Shown here piece by piece: positions 9,543 to 21,156 of a stretch of DNA of 64,000 nucleotides. Source of the stretch: Candidatus Wildermuthbacteria bacterium (GTDB lineage: Bacteria; Patescibacteriota; Minisyncoccia; Minisyncoccales; UBA10102). Both the position numbers and the translations under genes were made by a program. Under the pieces are notes generated by a model that was not told the DNA's origin, ran no database searches, and saw only the letters and a list, made by a program, of their open reading frames with translations. The stretch spans positions 176,126 to 240,125 of the forward strand of contig JACOZJ010000003.1 of the NCBI GenBank assembly GCA_016181405.1. Direction: 5' to 3'. Position 1 is the first letter of the stretch, and every line of letters starts with the position of its first letter.

Positions 9543-11151
9543 CACACGCCTTAATAAACTCGCGAAAAAGCGGATGCGGCCGCAAGGGGCGCGATTGAAG
9601 CTCTGGATGGAATTGAGTACCCAAAAAGAATGGGTGCTCTTTTAGTTCCGCAATTTCCACGAGGTCACGCTCTGCGTTAACCCCCGACATCACCATTCCC
9701 TTGCTGGCGAGCACTTCCCGATACTTGTTGTTGAGCTCGTACCGATGGCGGTGCCGCTCTACGATGTCTTCCTTTCCATACGCCCTATACGCAATGGTTT
9801 TTTTGTTAACCTTGCATGGATATGCTCCCAGCCGCATCGTACCTCCATAGCGCTTCTCTTCCAAAAGCACTTTTTGGTCGGGCATTACGTCAATGACCGG
9901 CGTTTTGGAATCTTTCACAAACTCCGTGGAGGTAGCGTCTTTCAAGCCGCACACATTCCTCGCGAATTCAATAACGGCAAGCTGCATCCCTAAGCAAAGA
10001 CCGAAGTATGGAATCTTTTTTTCGCGGCAAAACTGAATAGCTTTAATTTTCCCTTCGATTCCCCTAATCCCAAATCCTCCTGGCACAATAATGCCGTCAT
10101 ATTGCTTAAGTTCTTGGAGCGCTCCGGAATTTTTCTCGTATTGCTCTGCCGACAACCATGTAATTTTGGGCTCTCTCCCGTTCGCCCATGCGGCATGCTT
10201 GATAGACTCAATCACGGAAAGATAAGAATCCATTAAGGTAAAGTCGCCGATCTCAAAGTATTTCCCTACAATTCCTATATGAACAGTTTCTTTGGGAGCC
10301 TGGATTTTTTTGACCAGTTTTTCCCACTCTTTAAGATCCTTCTCCCGCTGCTCCAAACCGAATTTTTTCAAGATACGATTTCCTAAATTGTCATTTTCAA
10401 AGTTTATGGGAATCTCGTAAATAGACGCCACATCGGGAGCGGAAATAACGTCATCAGCGTCCACATTGCAAAAATCTGAAATCTTTTGCTTGCGCGGCTT
10501 ATCAACCGGCACCTTCGCGCGCGCAATAATAATATCGGGCTGAATCCCCGCGGAATTCAAGGCGCGCACAGCATGCTGGGTGGGCTTGGTTTTCATTTCT
10601 CCGATGTTTTCCGGTACCGGCAAATAGGTTACCAGCACAAACAAAACTTGGTCTGGCATTCTCCTTTTCATCATGCGCGCCGCCTCCAGGAACAATAGAT
10701 TTTGGTAATCACCTACAGTACCACCCACTTCAACCAAAAGAAAATCGGCCTTATCTTTCTCGGCCGCAAGCTGAAGTCGCGAAATCACCTCTTCGGGAAT
10801 ATGAAGTACTACTTCTACGGTCTTGCCGTTGTATCCCAAATTCCGTTCACGATTTATAACTGCCTGATAGACTCGCCCCGTGGTAAGATAGTTGGCGCTG
10901 CCGAAATCCTGATCCAGAAATCGCTCATAATTTCCTATGTCCTGATCGCATTCCGTTCCGTCTGAAGTCACAAAAACTTCTCCATGTTCCAAAGGATTAA
11001 GAGTACCGGCATCAACATTGATATATGGGTCAATCTTTGCTGCCGATACACGGAATCCCTTGCTCTGAAGAATTTTTCCGATGGATGCCGTGGCGACACC
11101 CTTTCCCACCCCCGAAATTACCCCCCCCGCGACAAAGATAAATTTCGTCAT
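9523..11151 (-). CDS. pyrG: CTP synthase
   Basis: [40 protein letters not shown]. Confidence 0.98.
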   Translation of the reverse strand: MTKFIFVAGGVISGVGKGVATASIGKILQSKGFRVSAAKIDPYINVDAGTLNPLEHGEVFVTSDGTECDQDIGNYERFLDQDFGSANYLTTGRVYQAVINRERNLGYNGKTVEVVLHIPEEVISRLQLAAEKDKADFLLVEVGGTVGDYQNLLFLEAARMMKRRMPDQVLFVLVTYLPVPENIGEMKTKPTQHAVRALNSAGIQPDIIIARAKVPVDKPRKQKISDFCNVDADDVISAPDVASIYEIPINFENDNLGNRILKKFGLEQREKDLKEWEKLVKKIQAPKETVHIGIVGKYFEIGDFTLMDSYLSVIESIKHAAWANGREPKITWLSAEQYEKNSGALQELKQYDGIIVPGGFGIRGIEGKIKAIQFCREKKIPYFGLCLGMQLAVIEFARNVCGLKDATSTEFVKDSKTPVIDVMPDQKVLLEEKRYGGTMRLGAYPCKVNKKTIAYRAYGKEDIVERHRHRYELNNKYREVLASKGMVMSGVNAERDLVEIAELKEHPFFLGTQFHPELQSRPLRPHPLFREFIKACVTKRSH

Positions 11152-11594
11152 TCTTCTTCGGTAATAATAACTCGTATCTCTGCCTCCAGGTTATGTTCAA
11201 GCATAACTCTCACCGGGAACTCCCCTGTCTCTTTCAAGGGCTTCTGGAGTTTAATTTGGCTTTTCTTCACTTCATACCCCATTCCTTTTAAGCGTTCTGC
11301 GATTTTTTGAGCGTTGATTGCTTCAAAGAGTTGACCTTCCTCCCCTACTTTCACCGCGATGGGCACTTCAAGATCATCCAAGCCAGAGGCTAATCCTTGC
11401 ACGTGCTTTAACTCTTCTTCTGATTTTGTAGCCAAAAGTTCCTTTTGCATCTCTAACCATTCGATAGTTTCCGGAGTAGCCTGTTTGGCCAAATCGCGGG
11501 GAAACAAAAAGTTTCTGGCGTAGCCGTCCGCCACTGTTTTAATCTCAAACTTTTTCCCCACCTTGTCGACATCCTGAAGCAAGATAACTTTCAT
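11148..11594 (-). CDS. rplI: 50S ribosomal protein L9
   Basis: MKVILL.DV...GK......V..GYARNFL.P. Confidence 0.97.
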   Translation of the reverse strand: MKVILLQDVDKVGKKFEIKTVADGYARNFLFPRDLAKQATPETIEWLEMQKELLATKSEEELKHVQGLASGLDDLEVPIAVKVGEEGQLFEAINAQKIAERLKGMGYEVKKSQIKLQKPLKETGEFPVRVMLEHNLEAEIRVIITEEE

Positions 11595-11607
11595 AACCTG
11601 TATTCTC

Positions 11608-12801
11608 TCATAGATTTTTTACCGCTTCAATAGCTCTGTCAAGCTGTGGATCCCTTCCTTCATTGAAGTCTTCTTCGCTTTTCTCCACCACGATATCCGG
11701 CTCTAAACCCTCCCCTCCGATACGATTGCCCTTCGGCGTAAGCCATTGAGCTATCGTTATCTTTAAAGAAGATTTATCTTCCAATTCTTTTATCTCCTGC
11801 ACGGAACCTTTGCCAAACGATTTTTGTCCTATTAAAAGCGTTCCTCGGTTATCCCGCAGGGCGCCCGCCAGAATTTCAGAGGCCGACGCTGTCCCTTCGT
11901 TGATCAACACCACCACCTTGTGATCGTACAAACGCGCGCTTCCGCTTGCCTTATGTACTTCTTGATCCGCAGCGGAACCATAATCTTCGATCACGACTAC
12001 ATCTCCCCTTTGTAAAAACCACCCTGCAATATCCACCGCCACATGAAGAAACCCGCCCGGATTATTGCGCAGGTCAAGAACGATTTTATCGGAGGATTGA
12101 AACGCATCCCGTTGAAGGTCCCGAAAATCGTCTCGCAATTTTTCTGAAAATTGGAATATTTTTACGTAGACTACCCCATCCTTCATTTCCCACTGAAGAG
12201 AAGGAATGTTAATAACCGCGCGCTCAATTTCAAAGTCGCGCGGCTCATCCCACCCGTCTCGCAGAATAGTAAGTGTCACCTTTGTGCCTTCCGGGCCACG
12301 GATTAAAGACACTGCCTGATCAACCGTGAGATCCGCGGTAGCAGTATCTTTATCTATTTGTACAATGTGATCTCCCGCCCTCAAACCCACTCTGGCGGCA
12401 GGCGTACCCTCCAAAGGAGCTATAACCTGCAAAGTATCATCACGAATGCCGATTTCTATTCCCACTCCGCTAAAGGACCCCGAAATATCCTCTAAGAAAA
12501 TTTTAGTGTCCTCGGGGGTCATAAACGTGGTATAAGGATCGCCCAAGCTCTTTACCATTCCCTGTATCGCACCGTGCACCATGGCCCTATAATCCAGGGG
12601 CTCGAGACCCACATATTTCTCCTGGATCACGCGCCAAGCCTCCCAAAACAGGGAAAAATCCACGTCTTCTGGTTGATTCTCTTCCAAATTCGTTACTCCT
12701 CGGATAGGCGGCACATATCCATAAGTCTGGCCAGCATAAAATCCGCCTGCAAAACTTACAACCACCCCAAAAAGTAATACCGCAATAATGAGTTTCTTCA
12801 T
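11608..12801 (-). CDS. ctpA: S41 family carboxyl-terminal processing protease
   Basis: L.DPYT, PDZ domain, [27 protein letters not shown]. Confidence 0.94.
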   Translation of the reverse strand: MKKLIIAVLLFGVVVSFAGGFYAGQTYGYVPPIRGVTNLEENQPEDVDFSLFWEAWRVIQEKYVGLEPLDYRAMVHGAIQGMVKSLGDPYTTFMTPEDTKIFLEDISGSFSGVGIEIGIRDDTLQVIAPLEGTPAARVGLRAGDHIVQIDKDTATADLTVDQAVSLIRGPEGTKVTLTILRDGWDEPRDFEIERAVINIPSLQWEMKDGVVYVKIFQFSEKLRDDFRDLQRDAFQSSDKIVLDLRNNPGGFLHVAVDIAGWFLQRGDVVVIEDYGSAADQEVHKASGSARLYDHKVVVLINEGTASASEILAGALRDNRGTLLIGQKSFGKGSVQEIKELEDKSSLKITIAQWLTPKGNRIGGEGLEPDIVVEKSEEDFNEGRDPQLDRAIEAVKNL

Positions 12802-12821
12802 CGTAATACGCCCCTATTGTA

Positions 12822-13895
12822 TCATACGGGAGACAAAGGAGCAATCTGCACCCGTACGCCAATCAGCCGGATAGGTTTTTGCTTCTCCAAAAGAAATTTC
12901 AAGAACAGCTTCATTGCTTCCGCGCGCAACACTGCTCCCTCCCGGCTCGGCTGCGAAAGTGTTTTTGCCTTTGTATGGGTCTCAAATCCGGTAAAACGGC
13001 ACACCACGCCAACAGTTTTAAAATGCAAACCTTGCTCTCGCACCTCTTGCGCAACTTGCTTAGCCAAGTGCTCAAAGCTTCGAATAAGCAGTTCGGGATC
13101 GCGGGTGTCCTGCTCAAAGGTAATTTCCTTTCCGATTGACTTCACTTCGTGTTCTGCCAAAACAGGATCTTCATCTCTTCCGCGCACACGTCCATACATC
13201 GCCTTCCCACGCGCCCCAAACAAATCTTCCATGTCGTGTTCGGAAAGTTTCTTTAAGTCCACTACTTTTTTGAAATCAGATAAACGCAAAATCTGCGCTG
13301 TTTTTATTCCAATCCCGGGAATCTTTTGGATATCCAAGTTTTCGATAAATGCCTCTGCCTCGTTTTCCGGTACTGTCTTCACGCCGTCTGCCCGCCCGCC
13401 GTCGAGGCGGGGCTTGGCAGCCTCGCACGCCATTTTCGCAATCATCTTGTTTGGCCCTATGCCACAGCTGCAAGGAAGCTGTTCTTGGTCCCTAATAGAT
13501 TTCCGCATCTGCTCTGCCGCTCTCTTCGCCTCCTCATAGCTTTTTAAAAAACTCACGTCGATGTACACCTCGTCGAGCGACACCTGCTCCACCAAAGCCG
13601 AAGCTTCGTTGATAATCTTCATAATGTTTGAGGAAACTTTGCTGTACAGCTCGAAATTGGGCGGCAGATACACAGCGTCGGGACAAAGCGCGTACGCCTT
13701 GGAAATTGGCAGTGCAGAATGAATGCCAAATTTTCTGGCCTCGTAATTCGCTGTCGAAACAACTCCCCTACCCTTTCCGCCTTTGGGTTCGGCACCCACC
13801 ACAATAGGCTTCCCTCGGAATTGCGGATTTTCCCGTTCTTCTATCGCCGCGAAAAATGCATCCATGTCGAGGTGTATGATAATTCTTTTCTCCAT
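12822..13895 (-). CDS. dinB: DNA polymerase IV
   Basis: HLDMDAFFA, STANYEARKFG, SLDE.Y.D, IPGIG. Confidence 0.95.
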   Translation of the reverse strand: MEKRIIIHLDMDAFFAAIEERENPQFRGKPIVVGAEPKGGKGRGVVSTANYEARKFGIHSALPISKAYALCPDAVYLPPNFELYSKVSSNIMKIINEASALVEQVSLDEVYIDVSFLKSYEEAKRAAEQMRKSIRDQEQLPCSCGIGPNKMIAKMACEAAKPRLDGGRADGVKTVPENEAEAFIENLDIQKIPGIGIKTAQILRLSDFKKVVDLKKLSEHDMEDLFGARGKAMYGRVRGRDEDPVLAEHEVKSIGKEITFEQDTRDPELLIRSFEHLAKQVAQEVREQGLHFKTVGVVCRFTGFETHTKAKTLSQPSREGAVLRAEAMKLFLKFLLEKQKPIRLIGVRVQIAPLSPV

Positions 13896-13929
13896 AGGAA
13901 TATTCTACCTTAAAAAATAAAGGCTGCCC

Positions 13930-14106
13930 TTAGGTAGCCCTGATCTGTGAATCGATGAATGACTGTACGCGTTCCTGCGGCACAGTCGCAATCTTCGTCC
14001 ATCCGTTCAGCGGAATCACATTTGTTCGAGTCCATACATCGTCCACTCGAACAGAAAACCATACCGTGAGCTTTGGACTACGGTGGACATAAATATCAAC
14101 TTCCAT
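13930..14106 (-). CDS. Small hypothetical accessory protein
   Basis: GAGGGGG SD before ATG at 14106 (MEVDIYVH...); TTGACA promoter upstream near 14176. Confidence 0.5.
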   Translation of the reverse strand: MEVDIYVHRSPKLTVWFSVRVDDVWTRTNVIPLNGWTKIATVPQERVQSFIDSQIRAT

Positions 14107-14253
14107 ATCCCCCTCTCCCAACACCTCCGACGAGATCTCCACAGAACAAATCTACTCTTTTATAAAAGTTTGTCAATGACTACAAGGAAAACAAAAAAAT
14201 AAAGCCGCTAGCTTGCTGCCAGCGGCAAAAATCTTTCTCGAGAACGCATAGAC

Positions 14254-15258
14254 TTACAGGCCCATACGTTCCTTTTGGTACTGCTCCAGCGACATACCAG
14301 TGAGCCGCTGGAAGATGTCAAGGTACCGCTCTGTTGTTTGCTCCATGATTTCGCGTGGAACTTCAAGCGAAGCCACGAAAGCAAGGTGTTCAGGATTCTT
14401 AGGATCCAATAGGTTGATCCCCCTTCCTGCCGGCGTGTCCACGGTACGGCCCCAGTTTCGCACCGGCTCCTTGTCGTAGAAGACTGGATCGCGCCCTTCC
14501 TTGAGCGCTTTCTCAAGATCCTCCATGGTGGTGAACCGAGAAGAATCGGGAGTAAGAACCTCATCGGCGATAACCACCTGACCCCCAGGGCGTAATCCGA
14601 TCTCGAACTTCGTGTCGAGAATCAGGATACCCATTCTTCGCGCATAGGCATAAGCCAGCTCATACGCCTCTTGGAGTGCGGACGCTGCTCTCTCGCCGAA
14701 TCCTTCCGTGTTCTCAAAAAACTCCTGAACCGTGATATTGGCATCATGCCCTTCCTCTGCTTTCGTAGAAGGAGTGAAGATCGGGAAGTCGAGCTGCTGC
14801 CACTTGGCAAGATCAGGTGGAAGCAGGCGTCCCGCAACCATCCCCGTTTCTTGGTATTGGACCCACACCGATCCCCCGATGTGTCCCCGGAAAATCATCT
14901 CGAAGGGCACAATAGGGAGCTTCCAAACTACCAAGGTCTGCTTGACAGGGAGAGCAGAGTGAACCATCTCCGCCCGATCAAACGGGAAAGTAAGAAGATG
15001 GTGACGGAAGTTCGCCAAAACACACGTAAGCCAGAAGTGAGTGAGAGCCGTCAACACAGCTCCCTTCTGGGGTACCGGTGTCGGCAAAACTACATCAAAG
15101 ATGCTGATACGATCCGTGGCAACTACCACCAGCTTGCGGGGATCTCGAGGATGCTTATATGTATCCCGCACCTTCCCTTGGTAGACTCGCTTGAGGCCCG
15201 CTGCTTCAATCCTCCTGCTGGTTTCCGTTTCTCTGACTGCTTCCGGAATTACTGCCAT
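14254..15258 (-). CDS. purC: SAICAR synthetase
   Basis: GKVRD.Y, ATDRIS.FD, PIFTPSTKA..GHD, DTKFE.G, ADEVLTPDSSRF, DKE..R. Confidence 0.95.
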   Translation of the reverse strand: MAVIPEAVRETETSRRIEAAGLKRVYQGKVRDTYKHPRDPRKLVVVATDRISIFDVVLPTPVPQKGAVLTALTHFWLTCVLANFRHHLLTFPFDRAEMVHSALPVKQTLVVWKLPIVPFEMIFRGHIGGSVWVQYQETGMVAGRLLPPDLAKWQQLDFPIFTPSTKAEEGHDANITVQEFFENTEGFGERAASALQEAYELAYAYARRMGILILDTKFEIGLRPGGQVVIADEVLTPDSSRFTTMEDLEKALKEGRDPVFYDKEPVRNWGRTVDTPAGRGINLLDPKNPEHLAFVASLEVPREIMEQTTERYLDIFQRLTGMSLEQYQKERMGL

Positions 15259-16598
15259 TGCTGTCTCCTTTCAGCGTTCTCGAATATCCGGGAAATCCCC
15301 CCATGGATATACGAAACTGCGTCGAAGCAACCCTCCAGTACCTCCTCTCCCACAATATCCCGCGCAGTCCTGCCGTCTCCAAAAGGCATCCGCGAGAGCA
15401 TCTCCACAAAAGACACTTCCCGGGCCACGGCCTCGAACGAGGCACGTTGGACGTATTCGTACGCCGCATCGTAGGAGATGCCTTGCTTCATGAGAGCTAC
15501 ACGCACCTGCTGGCCTGCCCACACGCCCTGCGTCTCATCTTCGAGACGCGAACGCATCCGATCGCTGAATACCGTGAGGCGTCCCACCAAACCAGTCGCG
15601 CGCGATGCCATATAGTGCACCAGCGAAGTGGCATCAGGAAAGATATGCCGCTCCACGCTCGATTGAGAGATGTCTCTCCCCTCTGGTGTGGCGATGTTTT
15701 CCTGGGCGGCATGAGCATATGCCCGGACAAGCCGAGCCATACCCATGAGACGCTCCGTGAGTATCGGGTTTTTCTTGTGGGCCATTGCGGAAGACCCTCG
15801 CTGATTCGCCCTTCGCGGCTCCTCCAACTCCCGTACATCAGAACGCATCATCTCCCAGAATGTGCGACACATCTGCTCGATGGTGCCAGTCGCAATCGCC
15901 AGTGCAGACAGGAACGCCGCATGGCGGTCGCGCTGGAGAATCTGGGTTTCGGCGACCGCACGCCGCAGCCCGAGATGACCGAGGGCGATAGCTTCGATTC
16001 GAAGATCCATGCCCGCGTAGTTGCCAACGGCACCAGAAATCTTCGCCTCCCCAAGATCGCGTTCGTACGCTTCCTGGATGCGACCGATACTCCGTCGAAC
16101 CGCTGCGGCGAACACGAGCAACATGTGTCCGAACGTCGTGGGCTCTGCGTACTGACCGTGAGTACGGCCAATCATAAGGGTCCACTGATGCTCGCAAGCC
16201 CTCTGGCTAAGTGCCTCTTGAAGTTTGCCCAACTCTTCGAGGATAAGCTTCGCCGCTTCGCGGAGCATCAAAACAACGGCGGGGTCTTCCACGTCGTAAG
16301 ACGTGATGCCCTTGTGGAGTTCCTCTTTGTATTGCCCGACGCCGGCGCGCTCGAGATATTCTTGCACGCATACGATGAAGGCAATCATGTCGTGATCATA
16401 TTCGGCTTCGAGCTCCGCGATGCGCGGCAGATCGAAAGCGGCATGGCGGGCGATCTGCTCGTACGCTTCCTGCGAAAGGTCTCCAAGCTCCACACGCGCC
16501 TTCAAAACGGCCAACTCCACCTTCAACCAGTATTGGAACTTCGCTGCCTCACTGCCCCAGAGTCTTTTCATGGGTGCAAGGGTATACCGATCAAGCAT
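15249..16598 (-). CDS. purB: Adenylosuccinate lyase
   Basis: GRTHGQ.AEPTTFG, ISGAVG.Y, GSSAMAHKKNP signature, RDISQSSVER. Confidence 0.96.
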   Translation of the reverse strand: MLDRYTLAPMKRLWGSEAAKFQYWLKVELAVLKARVELGDLSQEAYEQIARHAAFDLPRIAELEAEYDHDMIAFIVCVQEYLERAGVGQYKEELHKGITSYDVEDPAVVLMLREAAKLILEELGKLQEALSQRACEHQWTLMIGRTHGQYAEPTTFGHMLLVFAAAVRRSIGRIQEAYERDLGEAKISGAVGNYAGMDLRIEAIALGHLGLRRAVAETQILQRDRHAAFLSALAIATGTIEQMCRTFWEMMRSDVRELEEPRRANQRGSSAMAHKKNPILTERLMGMARLVRAYAHAAQENIATPEGRDISQSSVERHIFPDATSLVHYMASRATGLVGRLTVFSDRMRSRLEDETQGVWAGQQVRVALMKQGISYDAAYEYVQRASFEAVAREVSFVEMLSRMPFGDGRTARDIVGEEVLEGCFDAVSYIHGGISRIFENAERRQQWQ

Positions 16599-16853
16599 GG
16601 TTCTCCCCTTCCTTCTGCCTTAGGTTCGATTCCAAGCCAATTTGAATTGGATTGGTAGAAGAATCTTACGCAAAATCAGGGCAAAACACAAGCGTTTTGT
16701 TGGGATTGAAATATCCCTGAAAACGTGGTACTATAACCCCGAAAGCAAAGCAAATTACATAAGGTACTCGCCTTACGGCGAGCCCAGGGCGATTTTAAAC
16801 GCTCGGCAGAGACGCCTCGCTAAATCGCCCCGCAAAGACAAGCAGTTGTCTTT

Positions 16854-16925
16854 GCGCCCATAGCTCAATGGTAGAGCAGTGGCCTTTTAAGCCATTGGTT
16901 GAAGGTTCGAGTCCTTCTGGGCGCA
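16854..16925 (+). tRNA. tRNA-Lys(UUU)
   Basis: GCGCCCA/TGGGCGC acceptor stem, GTGGC-CTTTTAA-GCCAT anticodon arm, GGTTCGAGTCC T arm; CCA not encoded. Confidence 0.96.
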
Positions 16926-17093
16926 CAGAAACCAAAGCATCATGCCCCCGCATGGTGTTTTTGTTTCTGTTGATTCTAAGATTGGACGCGAACCTAAGAG
17001 GGGGTCGGGGAGATTGGGTATCTCCCCGTGTAGGAAATTATTCAAAACCGAGGGTTTTGAAGGAGTCCTGAGATTCAGTCGAAGGACGACTGA

Positions 17094-17115
17094 TTCGAGT
17101 CCTTCTGGGCGCACA
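17094..17115 (+). repeat. 22-bp duplication of the tRNA-Lys 3' end (att-like)
   Basis: TTCGAGTCCTTCTGGGCGCACA at 16906-16927 and 17094-17115. Confidence 0.9.
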
Positions 17116-17198
17116 ACAATTAACTCTTGCGGATTGACAAACTCAAAACAAAAGAATACAATCCGCGCGGTACCCCAAAAGACTCTAGGAGGAAACCC

Positions 17199-18089
17199 AT
17201 GAAACGACTGAAGTGGAGCGTCATCGCGATCGGGTTAGCAATCGCTTTTGCTGTTGGCCTGCCAGGCACAGCTTATGCAGACGGCATACCCGCCGTTGCA
17301 TGCAACGATTCAAATCTCGCGATTCCATTGTTTTCAGACAGTGGTATTCGGGAAGTAAGGATCCGGCTTAGCCAGTACGTCTGCCCAGGCGATGCGTTCA
17401 TCCTCGTCTCGGGCAACCAAGACGGGGAAGCAGATACGGACTGGCTGAACAAAAACGCACAGACTCTCGCATTAGAGTTTCCCTACGTTCGTATTCTCGC
17501 TGCCACAAGCGGACTTATGAACGTGGAGAAAGTTTCGCGGGAAGCAAATGAGCTCATTGACACCGTGGTCTACGTGTATGAGCCCAACTTCCCGAACGTG
17601 CCCGAGTTTACGTGGGAATTTGAGCCAACGCTCTTCTGGGCGAGAATCGGGGCCCGAATAGCCCACTCGTACAGGAAAGAGTTCTGGTTCAAGCCCACGG
17701 GCCGTCCACTTCTACAGCCTCCTCTCCAGCAGTACGGCTGGGACTATGGCGCATTGGCAACACTTGTGGATGGACTAATAGTTCAAACACAAGGATACTG
17801 CAAGAACGAAGCGTACCTTGTCCTCTATCGGGAGGCGATGCAAAAGCTCCGGCAGCAGTATGTAGATGCGGGAGCCGAAAGCGTCGTGTTCCCTCAAGTC
17901 ACCGTGGGCAAGTTTTTGAGAAACGCCGTGGACGCGGATCGTGCCGCGGAATGCGCCGGTATTGCGCAAGACGAAGCCTACGGCTACAGCGGCATCATGC
18001 TCTGGTGGGAAATAGCCAACACCGAGGAAATGGCTGCCTTCCTCGAGAAGATGCGGCCCTCGATTACCATAGAAGACTACCAAGGCTAA
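17199..18089 (+). CDS. Secreted hypothetical protein, possible TIM-barrel/glycoside-hydrolase-like fold
   Basis: TTGACA-N17-TACAAT promoter, AGGAGG SD, signal peptide ending AYA; the fold is a guess. Confidence 0.7.
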   Translation: MKRLKWSVIAIGLAIAFAVGLPGTAYADGIPAVACNDSNLAIPLFSDSGIREVRIRLSQYVCPGDAFILVSGNQDGEADTDWLNKNAQTLALEFPYVRILAATSGLMNVEKVSREANELIDTVVYVYEPNFPNVPEFTWEFEPTLFWARIGARIAHSYRKEFWFKPTGRPLLQPPLQQYGWDYGALATLVDGLIVQTQGYCKNEAYLVLYREAMQKLRQQYVDAGAESVVFPQVTVGKFLRNAVDADRAAECAGIAQDEAYGYSGIMLWWEIANTEEMAAFLEKMRPSITIEDYQG

Positions 18090-18092
18090 GAA

Positions 18093-18121
18093 AAGCCCGT
18101 TGCGCAGAGCGCAACGGGCTT
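18093..18121. terminator. Intrinsic terminator between convergent genes
   Basis: AAGCCCGTTGCGC-aga-GCGCAACGGGCTT. Confidence 0.8.
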
Positions 18122-18144
18122 CCTGTTTTTCTGAAACACATCAA

Positions 18145-19250
<1,106 letters not shown>

Positions 19251-19254
<4 letters not shown>

Positions 19255-21152
19255 TGATTACTTGAAGGCTTTTCTCCTTCTTGTCCACCTTCGGCAGCTG
19301 GCCCATCTGAACCCGGCGAGGCAGGCGGATTCTGGTACATTGCGGCTCCTATTTTTTGCAAAGCCTGTGAAAGCTGTTCTCCAGCCTGTTTTATTTCCTC
19401 TATTGTATCACCCTCTTTTGCTTTTTTCAAAGCCTCCAACTTTTCCCCAACCTCCTTTTTTATGTCTTCTCCCACCTTATCGCCCGCGTCGCGAAGCGCT
19501 TTTTCTGCTGTGTACATAATGGCATCTGCGGCGTTTCGCGCCTCAATCATCTCTTGTTTCTTTCGATCTTCCTGCGCGTGGAGTTCCGCCTCTTTCTTCA
19601 TGCGCTCCACTTCTTCTGCTGAAATTCCCGTGGAACCTTCTATACGGATAGATTGAGACTTCCCGCTTGCCTTGTCTTTGGCGGTTACGCTCAAAATTCC
19701 GTTGGCATCAATGTCAAAACTCACTTCAACCTGCGGCATGCCGCGAGGAGCAGGAGGAATTCCATCCAAGATAAACCTGCCGAGCGATTTTGAATCTTGC
19801 GCCATAGGCCGCTCCCCCTGCAGCACATGCACTTCTACTGAAGTCTGGCTGTCTGCCGCCGTTGAAAATACCTGGCTCTTTCTCGTTGGAACTGTAGTAT
19901 TCTTCTGTATCAAAACCGTGTTTACCCCTCCTAACGTTTCAATTCCAAGCGACAAAGGCGTAACGTCGAGCAAAAGCACGTCTTTCACATCTCCCTGCAT
20001 AATCCCTGCTTGCACCGCGGCTCCAATTGCAACCACCTCGTCTGGGTTAATAGATTTGTTTGGTTCTTTGCCGAACAAATTCCGCACTGCTTCCTGCATG
20101 GCCGGCATTCTTGTTTGTCCGCCCACAAGAACCACCTCTTGAATATCCTGCGGAGAGAACTTTGCTTCCTGAAGAGTCTGCTTCACCAATTCAATGGACC
20201 TGTCAATGTATTCCCGCACGAGGTTTTCCAGCTGTGTTCGAGTCAGCTTGTAGTAAAGGTGTTTGGGGCCTGCGGCATCCGAGGTAATAAAGGGAAGATT
20301 AATTTCGGTCTCCAGAGAAGTTGAGAGTTCAACTTTTGCTTTTTCTCCAGCTTCCTTTAAGCGCTGCAACGCTAAGGGATCTTTTGAAAGATCAATCCCC
20401 TCGTCTTTCCTGAACTGATCTATCAGCCAATCCATAACTTTTTGATCGAAATCTTCTCCTCCAAGGTGAGTATCTCCTCCGGTTGCTTTTACCTCAATGG
20501 TGTCTGCTGAAACTTCAAGAATAGAAATATCGAACGTGCCTCCGCCAAAGTCATACACAATAATCCGCTCGTCTTTCTTTTTGTTTAAGCCATAAGCAAG
20601 CGCTGCCGCGGTTGGCTCATTGAGCACTCGTTTCACTTCAAGCCCCGCGATCTCCCCCGCAACCTTGGTTGCTTTCCTTTGGCTGTCGTCGAAATACGCG
20701 GGAACCGTAATAATAGCTTCGGTGATTTTTTCTCCCAGCCTTTCTTCTGCATCCTGCTTGAGTTTACGGAGCACCATGGCGGAAATCTCAGAGGGCTTAT
20801 ACCACTTCCCTTGCCCTGAGTTTGCCGAAGGGTCTCCCATTTTCACTTCCACTCCCCCATCTTCTCCCTCTTTTATCTCATAGGGCAGCAACTTTTTATC
20901 TTGCTGAACCGAAGCGTCGGAAAACCGCCGCCCCATCAAGCGCTTCACTTGAAACAACGTGTTTTTGGGGTTAGTAATCTGCTGGCGCTTTGCCTGAATA
21001 CCAACTAAAATCTCTCCGCTTTTTGCGGCTGCGACTACTGAAGGAGTCACACGAGCTCCCTCTCTGTTTTCGATAATCTTGGGTTCACCTCCTTCCATAA
21101 CCGCGATTTCAGACAAGGTAGTCCCAAGATCGATTCCTACAATTTTTGCCAT
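19251..21152 (-). CDS. dnaK: Chaperone DnaK
   Basis: [32 protein letters not shown]. Confidence 0.98.
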
Positions 21153-21156
21153 AATT

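Noticed and set aside
15258-16658. 466-aa plus-strand ORF
   Set aside because: Antisense shadow of purB in a GC-rich gene, with no recognisable motifs.
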